Part shown: one piece after another, positions 10,711 through 20,533 of the stretch
Layout of the letters: every line of letters starts with the position of its first letter
Position numbering within the stretch: the first letter of the stretch is position 1
Assembly (NCBI GenBank): GCA_945787555.1
Contig: CALZJG010000122.1
Location: 5,674 to 69,673, forward strand
DNA from: an uncultured Chromatiaceae bacterium
GTDB lineage: Bacteria; Pseudomonadota; Gammaproteobacteria; DRLM01
DNA: 64,000 nucleotides
Direction of reading: 5' to 3'
Program-made: the position numbers and the translations under genes
The notes under the pieces: generated by a model
What the model saw: the letters and a program-made list of their open reading frames with translations, nothing else
What the model was told of the DNA's origin: nothing
The model's database searches: none

Positions 10711-11553
10711 CTACTCCCCTAGATACACTTCAATGACCCGCGGATGATTCTGAACTTCATCCATGTCGCCTTCGGCGAGCACATGACCTTCATGCAGCAC
10801 CGTGACGGTGCGCGCGATGGAGCGCACGAATTCCATGTCGTGCTCCACCACCACCACCGAATGCTTACCCGCCAAACCATTGAGCAACTCAGCGGTACGT
10901 TCGATTTCCTGGTGCGTCATTCCCGCCACCGGTTCGTCCACCAATAACAAGCGCGGGTTCTGCATCAGCAGCATGCCGATCTCCAGCCATTGTTTCTGAC
11001 CATGCGAGAGTTGCGCCGCACGGGTGGGGCCGTGCTCCGTGAGCATGATGGTGTGCATAACCTCATCGATGCGATCACCTTGCTCACCGCTCAAGCGTGC
11101 GACCAGGGTCGGCCATACGCGCTTATCGGCCTGCATCGCCAGCTCCAGATTTTCAAACACGCTGTGTTCGGGAAACACTGTGGGCTTTTGGAATTTTCTA
11201 CCGATGCCGGCGCCGGCGATTTCATGTTCGCTCATGCGCGTCAAGTCCAGAGTCTGGCCGAAATACACTGTGCCGGTGTCGGGACGAGTCTTGCCGGTGA
11301 TAACATCCATCATGGTCGTCTTGCCGGCCCCGTTGGGCCCGATGATGCAACGCAGCTCACCATCGTCGATGTACAGCGTGAGATCGTTGAGCGCCTTGAA
11401 GCCGTCGAAACTGACCGTTACCTCTTCCAAGTACAGTATGGGTCCATGACGGGTGTCTAACTCGCCCGGCCGCACCGGACGGCGCCCGTGATTGACCACA
11501 TCGAACACACGATCACGGCGCATTGTTGCGCGCAAGCCGTCCAGCGCCTTCAT
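10711..11553 (-). CDS. urtD: urea ABC transporter ATP-binding protein UrtD (LivG-like)
   Basis: 280 aa; Walker A GPNGAGKTT, signature LSHGQKQWLEIG, Walker B LLLVDEP. Confidence 0.85.
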   Translation of the reverse strand: MKALDGLRATMRRDRVFDVVNHGRRPVRPGELDTRHGPILYLEEVTVSFDGFKALNDLTLYIDDGELRCIIGPNGAGKTTMMDVITGKTRPDTGTVYFGQTLDLTRMSEHEIAGAGIGRKFQKPTVFPEHSVFENLELAMQADKRVWPTLVARLSGEQGDRIDEVMHTIMLTEHGPTRAAQLSHGQKQWLEIGMLLMQNPRLLLVDEPVAGMTHQEIERTAELLNGLAGKHSVVVVEHDMEFVRSIARTVTVLHEGHVLAEGDMDEVQNHPRVIEVYLGE

Positions 11554-12674
11554 GCCGGCGCCTCGCGCCTACGTCCGCGCCGCTGCCGCCATAGCGTCAC
11601 CACCCCAGCCAAGCCCTTGGGTAAGAACAAGGTCACCACCACGAACAACGCACCCAACGCGAACAACCAGACTTCAGGCAGTGCGCCAGTGAAATAGGTC
11701 TTGGCATAATTGACTAACAGGGCGCCAACGACCGCACCGTACAAAGTGCCGCGCCCACCGATGGCCACCCACACTACCAATTCGATGGAATTGAGCGGCG
11801 AGAATTCGCTGGGATTAATGATGCCCACTTGCGGCACGTAGAGTGCGCCGGCGATACCGGCTAATACGGCTGAAAGCACGAACACCCACAACTTATAGTG
11901 CTCGACCTTGTAACCGACGAAGCGAGCACGTGCCTCGGCGTCGCGTATCGCGATGACCACGCGCCCGAGTTTCGAACGCACCACATAGCGCGCCAGTAGA
12001 TAGCCCAACACCAAGGCGATGGCGGAGGCCAAGAACAAACCTATGCGGGTAGCGTCTGATTGCAGATTATATCCAAGAATATCTTTGAAATCGGTCAACC
12101 CGTTGTTGCCGCCGAAACCCATTTCGTTACGGAAAAACGCCAACATCAACGCATAGGTGAGCGCTTGGGTGATAATGGATAGATATACACCAGTGACACG
12201 TGATCGAAATGCCAGCCAACCGAACACAAAGGCGAGCAAGCCCGGCACCACCATCACCATCAAGGCGGCAAACCAGAATTCGTCAAAGCCATACCAATAC
12301 CAAGGCAGCTCCTTCCAATCCAGGAACACCATGAAGTCCGGCAGATCAGCGTTACCGTATACACCACGATCGCCGATCTGGCGCATTAGATACATGCCCA
12401 TGGCATAACCGCCCAAGGCGAAAAATGCTCCGTGCCCCAGACTCAGGATGCCGCAATAGCCCCACACCAAATCCAAGGCAATGGCGAGCAAGGCGAAGCA
12501 TAGATACTTACCGAGCAGCGTGACGGTGTAGGTGGAAACATGCAGTGGCGAGTCGGCGGGCACCGCGAGGTTGCATATCGGCACCAACACCGCCGCCGCT
12601 AATACGAACAGCAATAGGAGATGTCCGCCGCGATCTTGCGCCAACCATTCGACGATTAGGCGCCTGGGTTGCAC
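11550..12674 (-). CDS. urtC: urea ABC transporter permease UrtC (LivM-like)
   Basis: 374 aa, multi-TM LivM-type permease; 4-nt overlap with urtD. Confidence 0.85.
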   Translation of the reverse strand: MQPRRLIVEWLAQDRGGHLLLLFVLAAAVLVPICNLAVPADSPLHVSTYTVTLLGKYLCFALLAIALDLVWGYCGILSLGHGAFFALGGYAMGMYLMRQIGDRGVYGNADLPDFMVFLDWKELPWYWYGFDEFWFAALMVMVVPGLLAFVFGWLAFRSRVTGVYLSIITQALTYALMLAFFRNEMGFGGNNGLTDFKDILGYNLQSDATRIGLFLASAIALVLGYLLARYVVRSKLGRVVIAIRDAEARARFVGYKVEHYKLWVFVLSAVLAGIAGALYVPQVGIINPSEFSPLNSIELVVWVAIGGRGTLYGAVVGALLVNYAKTYFTGALPEVWLFALGALFVVVTLFLPKGLAGVVTLWRQRRGRRREAPA

Positions 12675-12677
12675 AGT

Positions 12678-14360
12678 CTATCCCTCCACCGAACGACCCT
12701 TTTGCGCGAACAAACCGCGCGGGCGTTTTTGTATGAATAAAATGATCACGATCAGCACCAATATCTTGGCCAGCACCGCGCCGGCCCAGGGCTCAAGAAA
12801 TTTATTCACCACGCCCAGCGACATGGCGCCCACCAGCGTGCCCCACAGATTCCCCACGCCGCCGAACACCACCACCATGAAGGAGTCGATGATATAAGCC
12901 TGGCCGAGATTGGGCCCGACATTGGTGAGCTGGCTCAACGCCACGCCGGCGACACCGGCGATGCCCGAACCCAGCCCGAAAGTGAGTGCGTCCACCCATT
13001 CAGTCCTTACCCCCATGGCCTTGGCCATAGGGCGATTCTGCGTCACTGCTCGCACTTGCAAGCCCAGGCTGGTCTTCTTCAGAATCATCAACAGCGCGGC
13101 GAACACCAGCAAACTGAATAGGATGATATACAGTCGGTTATAAGTCAGTGACAGCGAGGCATTAAACTCCCAGGCGCCGCTCATCCACGCTGGCGTCTCC
13201 ACACTACGATTGAGCGGTGAGAAAATGCTCCGCACCGCTTGTTGCAGGATCAAACTGATGCCGAAAGTCGCCAGCAAGGTTTCCAACGTACGCCCGTAAA
13301 GAAACCGGATCACACCACGTTCGATGGCGACACCTACCAAGCCCGCGACCAGAAACGCCGCCGGGATGGCAACGAACAACGAATAGTCGATATGGTTAGG
13401 CATCATCAATTGCACCACATAGGTGGTATAGGCGCCCAGCATGATTAGCTCGCCATGCGCCATATTGATCACACCCATGACGCCGAAAGTAATGGCTAGG
13501 CCGATCGCCGCCAACAACAACACCGAACCCAGGCTCAAGCCGAAAAACAACGTATTGAGAAGCTCGTAGAGCTCTTGCCGCTCTTTAAAACGATTAAGGG
13601 ATTTTTGGGCGGCGCGGCGTAACTCGGCGTCTGCCTCAAGGTGTGCTCCATCATTATCTTGCGCCAACAATTGTTCCAATCGCACCTTGGCGATGGGATT
13701 CAGCGTCTCACCTAACTCAGTGATGGCACGCAAACGCGTGGATCTATCTTCGGCATTGATGTCCACCAACGCCAATCCCGTGCGGATGACGTCCAGCACG
13801 TTCTCGTCTGATTCTTTTCCCATCGCGCCACGAAACAACGCGGTCGTGTCGGCATCCATGTCTTTGATAAGCTCTTGCACCGAGGTCAGGCGCACTTTGG
13901 GATTTTTGTGCGACAGACTCAAGCGCGCGATAGCGCTACGCAACTGGCCGCGCAGTTGATTATTCACGGTAATCTTCTTTACGTTGCGCCTACCGGTGAC
14001 ACCCAGGTCAACGCCGCTTAGGACATCCGTGAGCTGATAGCCCTCTTCGACATCCTTGATGAACACGACGCGGTCATCATCCTTACGATACCGCAGGTCA
14101 CCGTTGAGCAAGGCTTTCAGTACCGACAGCACACGGTCATCGTCTATGCCTTCAAGCGCCTCTACCGCAGTAGCTTTGGTGGAGAAGTTTCCTGTTTGTA
14201 ATACCTGCAATTGCTCGACGAAGGAGTGACCGGTGTTTGACGATAGCGTGTCATCTGCTATGGCGGGCGTCAGCACGGCGAACCACCACAGGCATACGCA
14301 TACCGCGATGCAGCACCAACGCTTCGAACAGGCTTGCATGCATGTCATTATCATGAGCAT
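12678..14360 (-). CDS. urtB: urea ABC transporter permease UrtB with long N-terminal periplasmic extension
   Basis: LivH-type permease core in the C-terminal ~300 aa. The start is probably the Met cluster at 14360 that begins a signal peptide (MLMIMTCMQ...AIADD), not the upstream ORF start at 14543. Confidence 0.8.
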   Translation of the reverse strand: MLMIMTCMQACSKRWCCIAVCVCLWWFAVLTPAIADDTLSSNTGHSFVEQLQVLQTGNFSTKATAVEALEGIDDDRVLSVLKALLNGDLRYRKDDDRVVFIKDVEEGYQLTDVLSGVDLGVTGRRNVKKITVNNQLRGQLRSAIARLSLSHKNPKVRLTSVQELIKDMDADTTALFRGAMGKESDENVLDVIRTGLALVDINAEDRSTRLRAITELGETLNPIAKVRLEQLLAQDNDGAHLEADAELRRAAQKSLNRFKERQELYELLNTLFFGLSLGSVLLLAAIGLAITFGVMGVINMAHGELIMLGAYTTYVVQLMMPNHIDYSLFVAIPAAFLVAGLVGVAIERGVIRFLYGRTLETLLATFGISLILQQAVRSIFSPLNRSVETPAWMSGAWEFNASLSLTYNRLYIILFSLLVFAALLMILKKTSLGLQVRAVTQNRPMAKAMGVRTEWVDALTFGLGSGIAGVAGVALSQLTNVGPNLGQAYIIDSFMVVVFGGVGNLWGTLVGAMSLGVVNKFLEPWAGAVLAKILVLIVIILFIQKRPRGLFAQKGRSVEG

Positions 14361-14595
14361 CGGATACAGGTAAACTTCGCCCCTAGCGATGATCGTCTCC
14401 CGCATACCAATACGCTTGGAGTTATATAGAGTTGAGTTATCCCCGACCACACCCGGGAGAGGGTTAGGGCGGGTATTCAACCGCTGCTTTATAGCAGCTC
14501 TGCACGTCTTCCCCTGCGCTAAGCTACCACCCACTAGGGGCAAGGTGCAATCGGTTCAATGTACTGAGTCGCCACGCCGACATCATGCCTGGGAA

Positions 14596-14626
14596 TATGA
14601 AAACGGGCGCGGCATCTGCCGCGCCC
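14596..14626 (-). terminator. intrinsic terminator/attenuator between urtA and urtB
   Basis: On the minus strand, 10 nt after the urtA stop: a perfect 9-bp stem GGGCGCGGC-agat-GCCGCGCCC followed by GUUUUC. Confidence 0.55.
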
Positions 14627-14636
14627 GTATCGACAC

Positions 14637-15953
14637 TCAGAAATTTTGCCCCGAGCACTTCTTGGTCTTAGAATTGTAGTTACCGCATTTGAGCGCCACC
14701 CAATCGGCTTCGATGTCCTTACTGCCAGGCAAGAAGTCCGACCAGGCATCACCGGGCACCAAGTCAGCGGTTTCCCAGACAGTCTCGAATTGACCGTCAT
14801 CCTGGATCTCACCGATCAACACCGGCTTGGTGATGTGATGATTGGCCAGCATTTCTGATGTGCCCCCAGTGAGGTTGGGCACTTTTACGCCAATGATGGC
14901 ATCAACCACTTTGTCGGTGTCGGTGCTACCGGCTTTCTCCACCGCCTTCACCCACATGTTGAAGCCAATGTAATGGGCTTCCATGGGATCGGTGGTGACG
15001 CGCTTCTCATCCTTGATGAAGCGATGCCATTGATCGATGAATGTGTCGTTCACATCGGCATCCACGCTCATGAAGTAATTCCAGGCCGCAAGATGCCCGA
15101 CCAAGGGCTTGGTATCTATACCGGATAGCTCTTCCTCGCCGACAGAGAACGCAACCACCGGAATATCCTCGGCGGAGACACCTTGGTTGCCCAGCTCTTT
15201 ATAGAAAGGCACATTGGCATCACCGTTAATGGTGGACACCACGGCGGTCTTCTTACCCTGCGAGCCGAACTTCTTGATGTCGGAGACAATACTCTGCCAA
15301 TCGGAATGACCGAAGGGCGTGTAGTTGATCATGATGTCGCCGCTTTTCACACCCTTGGCCTTCAAATATGCCTCCAGGATCTTATTGGTGGTACGCGGAT
15401 AGACATAATCCGTACCCGCCAGCACCCAACGCTCGACCCCGATGTCGTTCATCAGGTAATCCACCGCCGGTATGGCCTGCTGATTGGGCGCGGCGCCGGT
15501 GTAAAACACGTTGCGCGATGACTCCTCGCCTTCGTACTGCACAGGATAGAACAGAATGCCGTTCAACTCCTCGACCACCGGCAACACCGACTTGCGTGAC
15601 ACGGAAGTCCAGCAGCCGAAGATCGCGGCGACTTTGTCCTTCTGCAGCAGCTCGCGCGTTTTCTCAGCGAACAACGGCCAGTTCGAAGCCGGGTCGACCA
15701 CCACCGCCTCCAGTTTTTTGCCGAGTATTCCCCCCTTCTTGTTCTGCTCTTCGATGAGCATCAGCATCGTGTCTTTGAGCGTGGTTTCGCTGATCGCCAT
15801 GGTGCCGGAGAGCGAATGGAGTATGCCCACCTTGATGGTGTCGGCGGCATAGGCGAGCGGCGTCGCCATGGCAAGCGCGCCCACACAAGCCGCCTGTAAC
15901 CAACGGGTGAGCGGCTTGCCGGGCCCGTTTCGATTAAATATTCTGTGATTCAT
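14637..15953 (-). CDS. urtA: urea ABC transporter substrate-binding protein UrtA
   Basis: Start at MNHRIF... with signal peptide ending AYA-ADT. LivJ/amide-binding family (KVGILHSLSGTMAISE). The upstream part of the listed ORF is non-coding leader. Confidence 0.85.
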   Translation of the reverse strand: MNHRIFNRNGPGKPLTRWLQAACVGALAMATPLAYAADTIKVGILHSLSGTMAISETTLKDTMLMLIEEQNKKGGILGKKLEAVVVDPASNWPLFAEKTRELLQKDKVAAIFGCWTSVSRKSVLPVVEELNGILFYPVQYEGEESSRNVFYTGAAPNQQAIPAVDYLMNDIGVERWVLAGTDYVYPRTTNKILEAYLKAKGVKSGDIMINYTPFGHSDWQSIVSDIKKFGSQGKKTAVVSTINGDANVPFYKELGNQGVSAEDIPVVAFSVGEEELSGIDTKPLVGHLAAWNYFMSVDADVNDTFIDQWHRFIKDEKRVTTDPMEAHYIGFNMWVKAVEKAGSTDTDKVVDAIIGVKVPNLTGGTSEMLANHHITKPVLIGEIQDDGQFETVWETADLVPGDAWSDFLPGSKDIEADWVALKCGNYNSKTKKCSGQNF

Positions 15954-15972
15954 GATCTCATCCCCCATCAAC

Positions 15973-17061
15973 TTAGATTTGAACTTGCAGCCCAACCTTA
16001 AACATCGAGAAATCACTGGCCGCGCCGCCCGGATCCTGGTTGGAATAGACAACGGAAACACGCGCGTCATGACCCTTGATCACGTAGTTAAAGCCCACGT
16101 CCATACGCTCCAATTCATCACCCCCATCGACATCGAAACTTTGGAAGCGCACCAATGGTTGGATTCGGCCGATGCCGAGCGGGGTCGGAAAGAGATAACT
16201 TCCCAACACCATATAACTGCTGCCTTGGGTCAGCGAGGCATCGGCAATGTCATCAGTGTCGTAGTCATAGTAGGCCGCTTCGAAAGTCGGCACACCGCCA
16301 TTGCCCAGCTTCTTCTCCGCCAACACATCGACGCTCCAGCCCGCAAAATCACCGGGCGTGGCCGCCGTGCCGACACCATCGGCTTGCGACATCATCACCA
16401 CGCCCACGGCCAACACATCTTTGGCGCCGTAATAGGTGCTGCTGTTGTAATAGCCGGGCTCGGGTTCCCAGAAGTTGTACGTCAAGCGACCGGCGGCGAG
16501 CATGTTATCCGAGTCGTTGGCGCCACCCTGGCGGCCCTCGAACAAACCGACTTGGTATTTGAATTTTCCACCGCCGGTTTGCCCCCACACCGCCACGCCA
16601 TCGTCGCGTCCGGCGAAGACCGCAGGAAAGGCTTGAGCCACTGGGAAATCCCAAGCATTGAGGTAATAGGGGCCACTCAGATTAGAACGATCGCTGGGCG
16701 GGAGGAAACGACCGGCCCACACGTTGAATCCATCGGAAAACTCCAAACGCGCGATAGCATCAAGCACATGCACCTCTTCAGCGCTGCGCTCGGTGTTGAA
16801 GGTGAAATAGACGTTTTCATAAGCTTGACCGCTGATGTACAAGCGCACACTTTCGACCTCAAAGTCCTTGCTGTAGTCATCCCCGCTGGGGGCAGCGTCT
16901 TCCACCATGGCGAAACTGGTACGCAGACCCGCCCCGACGCTGACCGATTGATTGGGACCAATCTGTATCGTCCCACCCGCCTGCACCGATGGCGCAACGG
17001 TGGCCGCAAGGGAGCTCAACGCCAGCGGGAAGATATATGCGTGCTTCCATGAAGGGTTCAT
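15973..17061 (-). CDS. outer-membrane porin (OprO/P-like or FmdC-like short-chain amide/urea porin candidate)
   Basis: Start MNPSWKHAYIFPLALSSLAATVAPSVQA (signal peptide); amphipathic beta-strand pattern rich in Tyr/Gly. The stop is 17 nt upstream of the urtA start, so likely co-transcribed. Confidence 0.6.
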   Translation of the reverse strand: MNPSWKHAYIFPLALSSLAATVAPSVQAGGTIQIGPNQSVSVGAGLRTSFAMVEDAAPSGDDYSKDFEVESVRLYISGQAYENVYFTFNTERSAEEVHVLDAIARLEFSDGFNVWAGRFLPPSDRSNLSGPYYLNAWDFPVAQAFPAVFAGRDDGVAVWGQTGGGKFKYQVGLFEGRQGGANDSDNMLAAGRLTYNFWEPEPGYYNSSTYYGAKDVLAVGVVMMSQADGVGTAATPGDFAGWSVDVLAEKKLGNGGVPTFEAAYYDYDTDDIADASLTQGSSYMVLGSYLFPTPLGIGRIQPLVRFQSFDVDGGDELERMDVGFNYVIKGHDARVSVVYSNQDPGGAASDFSMFKVGLQVQI

Positions 17062-17681
17062 TATTTCAATTCTCCTGTCTCTTGTTTTGATCAAAGACCG
17101 CCACGACGGCTGAAGCCTCACTAAATGTGTGCTGCATGGACTACTAAGTTGCGGTGTCGCCAACCCAGCACTTTGCCTGCAAAAGCGACGCCAACAAGCC
17201 AACCCTCACTTCAGCGTGATGCAAAACAAGTGGATAGCAAATACTCTTTACCAACGATTAAGAATTCGCACTATCGGGCGCGCGCCACGTTGGTGCGAGC
17301 GCGACATGCTGAGCGCAAAAATGGTGCGCCGACATTCGCATTACGAATGACACCCCACCATTATGTGGATATACCCACAACAGATTCTGCGAGTCGCCCT
17401 CAGCCCATATCCACACAACGTTTGCACTCATCAACAAGCGAGGCTGCATATTCACCCAACCCAGCAAAAAACTTCGACCTCCTAGAGGCATACGTTTCGC
17501 GTCATGGAGTGCACTCAGCCAACCTCAAACTCGACACAGCACATGTAACGATGCTCCAGAACATTCCTTACGCTTCGACAATCCCCATCATCTTGGGCAC
17601 TTTCTACCCTGTAATCCGATTCGTGAAGACGAAGAGACGGGCGTCACGCATCCTTGCGCGCCACCGGCCACTATCACGTGC

Positions 17682-18461
17682 CTAGATGTCGAACCCATAG
17701 CTCACGCCTAGGACCACAGTGTCTTCCTGATCGTTATCTTGCCTATCCTTGCCGCCGATCACGTAGGTGATGCTCATATCGGCGCCGGTCTGCGCGATGG
17801 GATGCGAAAGGGTCAGGTTAAAATGGCGAAATGCGGAGTCCTTGGCCGAAGAGGGGATGAAATCACCTTCTTCCTCGTAGGTGTAGTAACCCAGGCTGGC
17901 GTTGAAAGCGAAATCCTTGGGCAGAGCGGCATCGTAATCCAAGGTCCAATAAATATCGCCGGTATTGCCCCAAGCTGCGTCCTCGGTGAGATACTTGAAT
18001 CCCGCGGTAACAGGGCCGTAGCCTAGACTTCCCACCACCTCCAAGGCGTCTGAATCTTCCACTTCGATGTAGTAGTACTGTATCAAGCCGATGTCATAGC
18101 TCAAGCCAGCGGCCTCGCCGGCATAGCCAACGTAGAAATTATTCTCGAAGCCGGTGGCGCTGGTTGCATTGCCGTAATCCAAATTGGAGCCCCAATATCC
18201 GGCGTAAACTCCACTTTCATGACTCCAGTCCAACCCTCCTTGCACGGTTGTGCCGTCGTTCTCGGTGTCGGCCGTGATGCCGCGCAAGACATACTTGGAA
18301 AACACGCCGATGTTGCCGGACAGTTCCGCGCTGGCCAGCGCCGGCGCCATGACCGCGGTGCCCGCCAAAACCGTGGCCAAACCGAATTTAGTTAGCTTGT
18401 GTGAATTGCGTGTTGTCACTGGAATGATCTCCTCGTTGTTCGTTGATACTGATTTCCCCAC
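17682..18461 (-). CDS. TorF-family / TIGR02001 outer-membrane beta-barrel protein
   Basis: LSGNIGVFSKYVLRGITADTENDGTTVQGGLDWSHESGVYAGYWGSNL matches the TorF/gcw_chp family signature; C-terminus VLGVSYGFDI. The true start may be later than M1, since the unusual MGKSVSTNNEE leader precedes the signal peptide. Confidence 0.65.
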   Translation of the reverse strand: MGKSVSTNNEEIIPVTTRNSHKLTKFGLATVLAGTAVMAPALASAELSGNIGVFSKYVLRGITADTENDGTTVQGGLDWSHESGVYAGYWGSNLDYGNATSATGFENNFYVGYAGEAAGLSYDIGLIQYYYIEVEDSDALEVVGSLGYGPVTAGFKYLTEDAAWGNTGDIYWTLDYDAALPKDFAFNASLGYYTYEEEGDFIPSSAKDSAFRHFNLTLSHPIAQTGADMSITYVIGGKDRQDNDQEDTVVLGVSYGFDI

Positions 18462-18640
18462 GGCGGACTAAGCCGCCCTATCCAAAATCATTGCAACAAA
18501 CTAGGAGGCACCAACCATGCCAATTCATATTTCACGCCGTCGTACGGCGACTTAGCTCGATTCTTCTGATTTGCGCCCGAATAAAATGCACTTAAATGAG
18601 GCGCAAAGCAACACATCCACAATAGAATGGTGCGCTTGAA

Positions 18641-19255
18641 TCAGGCGCTCGCCAACAGTCCTTCACGTTCTATAAACCTGATCACCCCATCAACCCCCAC
18701 ACCGCGCTTAAGATCGGTGAAGATAAATGGCCGGTCATCACGCATACGGCGCGCGTCCTGATCCATGACGTCCAACGAAGCACCGACATGAGGCGCGAGA
18801 TCAATTTTATTGATTACTAATAGATCAGACTTGGTAATACCTGGCCCGCCCTTGCGCGGTATCTTTTCGCCAGCCGCCACGTCAATCACATAGATCGTCA
18901 AATCGGATAGCTCGGGACTGAATGTCGCGCTGAGATTGTCACCGCCACTCTCGATCAACACCAAATCCAAATCGGGAAAGCGGCGACACAGCTCTTCCAC
19001 GGCGGCAAGATTCGCCGAGGCATCCTCACGGATAGCGGTGTGCGGACAACCACCGGTCTCCACACCAATAATGCGCTCCGGCGTCAGCGCATCGTGACGA
19101 ACTAGAAACTGCGCATCCTCCTTGGTGTAGATATCATTGGTCACCGCCGCGATTTGATAGCGCTCACGCAGGGTGCGGCACAGCGCCAACATCAAGGCGG
19201 TCTTGCCCGATCCCACCGGCCCGCCGACACCGATACGCAATACGGATTGAGCCAT
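18641..19255 (-). CDS. ureG: urease accessory GTPase UreG
   Basis: 204 aa; P-loop GPVGSGKT and conserved ETGGCPH motif. Confidence 0.92.
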   Translation of the reverse strand: MAQSVLRIGVGGPVGSGKTALMLALCRTLRERYQIAAVTNDIYTKEDAQFLVRHDALTPERIIGVETGGCPHTAIREDASANLAAVEELCRRFPDLDLVLIESGGDNLSATFSPELSDLTIYVIDVAAGEKIPRKGGPGITKSDLLVINKIDLAPHVGASLDVMDQDARRMRDDRPFIFTDLKRGVGVDGVIRFIEREGLLASA

Positions 19256-19278
19256 GCTGAAACTCCAGATGTATTGAT

Positions 19279-19404
19279 AAGCACGGAGGACACGGACATC
19301 ACGAAGATAGAATTGAATAGGAAGCTATTGGGCGAGCACGCTGTACCAGTGTCGTATCAACGATCCAATGACTCCGCTGTCTTCTCCGTGTTCTCCGTGG
19401 TTAA
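19279..19404. repeat. intercistronic inverted-repeat element, copy A (ureF|ureG)
   Basis: Arms AAGCACGGAGGACACGGA ... TCTTCTCCGTGTTCTCCGTGGTTAA are mutually complementary (14 of 15) and flank an ~85-nt core. Both arms are repeated at 20534-20610. Confidence 0.6.
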
Positions 19405-19408
19405 CTCT

Positions 19409-20098
19409 TCAAGAACGAAACAAACGCGAATACTGCGTCTCGTGCAGGGCGCTACCTATAGCCAGGCGCGGCGCGGCATAGCCTATCTCATCATCGGCTA
19501 GCGCCAGACCTTCATCGACGACCGTAGGAATTTCCATTACGACGCGCGACAGGATGCGCTGACCTGCGGTCTGCCCCAACGGCACCAACTTGATCGCCGC
19601 CGCCACTTGCGCTTCACACCACGCCCAAAGATAACCGCTCACCGCCTCGGGCAAGGCGATGCGCCACTCCGCCGCCGCCAGCGCGAACAGTACAGCGTAA
19701 CCGGTGTGCGCATGCGGCACCCAAGGCGCCGCCTGCGGCAACTCCAAGTCGCGCAGCAAGCGCGCCAAGGCCGCGCCCAAATGACCATCCTCTTCCTGCA
19801 ACTCGCGCGCCTCACGACTGGCGTGCAGCATGGCGCTCCAATATTCCAACGCCTCCTCATCGTAGCTTGACCAGGCAGCATAGAGCCGCGCCAATACCGG
19901 CGCATCCAAACGCGCCAAGCCATTACACAATAAACCGCAGATCCAATCGCGCGCGGTGGCCTCATCATGTACCCAGCGCGCATTCACCGCATACTCTAAT
20001 CCCTGCGAATAGGCGAACGCACCCACCGGCAAGGCCGGACTGGTCAATTGCAGCAAACGCAATAACGCCGCTCGCTTGGCATTGCTGTCAGTGTTCAT
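19409..20098 (-). CDS. ureF: urease accessory protein UreF
   Basis: Start MNTDSNAKRAALLRLLQLTSPALPVGAFAYSQGLE is the canonical UreF N-terminus. The listed ORF carries a spurious 45-aa extension. Overlaps ureE by 11 nt. Confidence 0.85.
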   Translation of the reverse strand: MNTDSNAKRAALLRLLQLTSPALPVGAFAYSQGLEYAVNARWVHDEATARDWICGLLCNGLARLDAPVLARLYAAWSSYDEEALEYWSAMLHASREARELQEEDGHLGAALARLLRDLELPQAAPWVPHAHTGYAVLFALAAAEWRIALPEAVSGYLWAWCEAQVAAAIKLVPLGQTAGQRILSRVVMEIPTVVDEGLALADDEIGYAAPRLAIGSALHETQYSRLFRS

Positions 20099-20516
20099 GA
20101 CGATAAGCTCCGGCTTCGGGCTCGAAGGACGTGTCTTCGCAATCGATGTGCAAACCCAAACCACGCACCATGTCATCCAAGACATGGTCACGCCCGTAAC
20201 GCAGCCAGCCCGCGCCAACTTGCACCGGCACATGACGATTACCTAAGTGATAGGCCGCGCGCGCCAACACCAGGGCGTCATCGCTGCGCGCTGTGGACAC
20301 CGCCTCCGCTGCGGCGCGCACGGCAATCAACTCGCCGTTCTCGGCGCGCAACACATCACCGCCGCGCAACACCGTGCCGCGCACCAGCAGCAGCGCCGCC
20401 TCCCGCCCATCATCGAGGCGCACGCGCTGACGGCTCTTCTGGCGTTGCTCGAAGGGCAATGTCAACACCGCCTCACATTCGGCACTTTCAGCGACGCGCT
20501 CGACGATCTCCAGCAT
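20088..20516 (-). CDS. ureE: urease accessory protein UreE (no His-rich tail)
   Basis: 142 aa; LTLPFEQRQKSRQRVRLDDG motif of the UreE N-domain. Confidence 0.85.
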   Translation of the reverse strand: MLEIVERVAESAECEAVLTLPFEQRQKSRQRVRLDDGREAALLLVRGTVLRGGDVLRAENGELIAVRAAAEAVSTARSDDALVLARAAYHLGNRHVPVQVGAGWLRYGRDHVLDDMVRGLGLHIDCEDTSFEPEAGAYRHEH

Positions 20517-20533
20517 TCAATGGCCCCTAACTA

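Noticed and set aside
15952-17052. 366-aa plus-strand ORF
   Set aside because: Entirely antisense to the well-supported porin gene; composition typical of antisense GC3 frames.
17641-17670. TGGCGCGCAAGGATGC as a sigma54 promoter for the porin/urt operon
   Set aside because: GG-to-GC spacing is off by one and it lies >570 nt upstream of the porin start; too weak to annotate.
18541-18640. Hairpins downstream of ureG as a terminator
   Set aside because: Stems have mismatches or a 22-nt loop and are not followed by a U-tract.
19409-20233. Upstream 45 codons of the listed ureF ORF (MCRCKLARAG...)
   Set aside because: Extension overlaps ureE and lacks UreF similarity; canonical UreF N-terminus begins at 20098.
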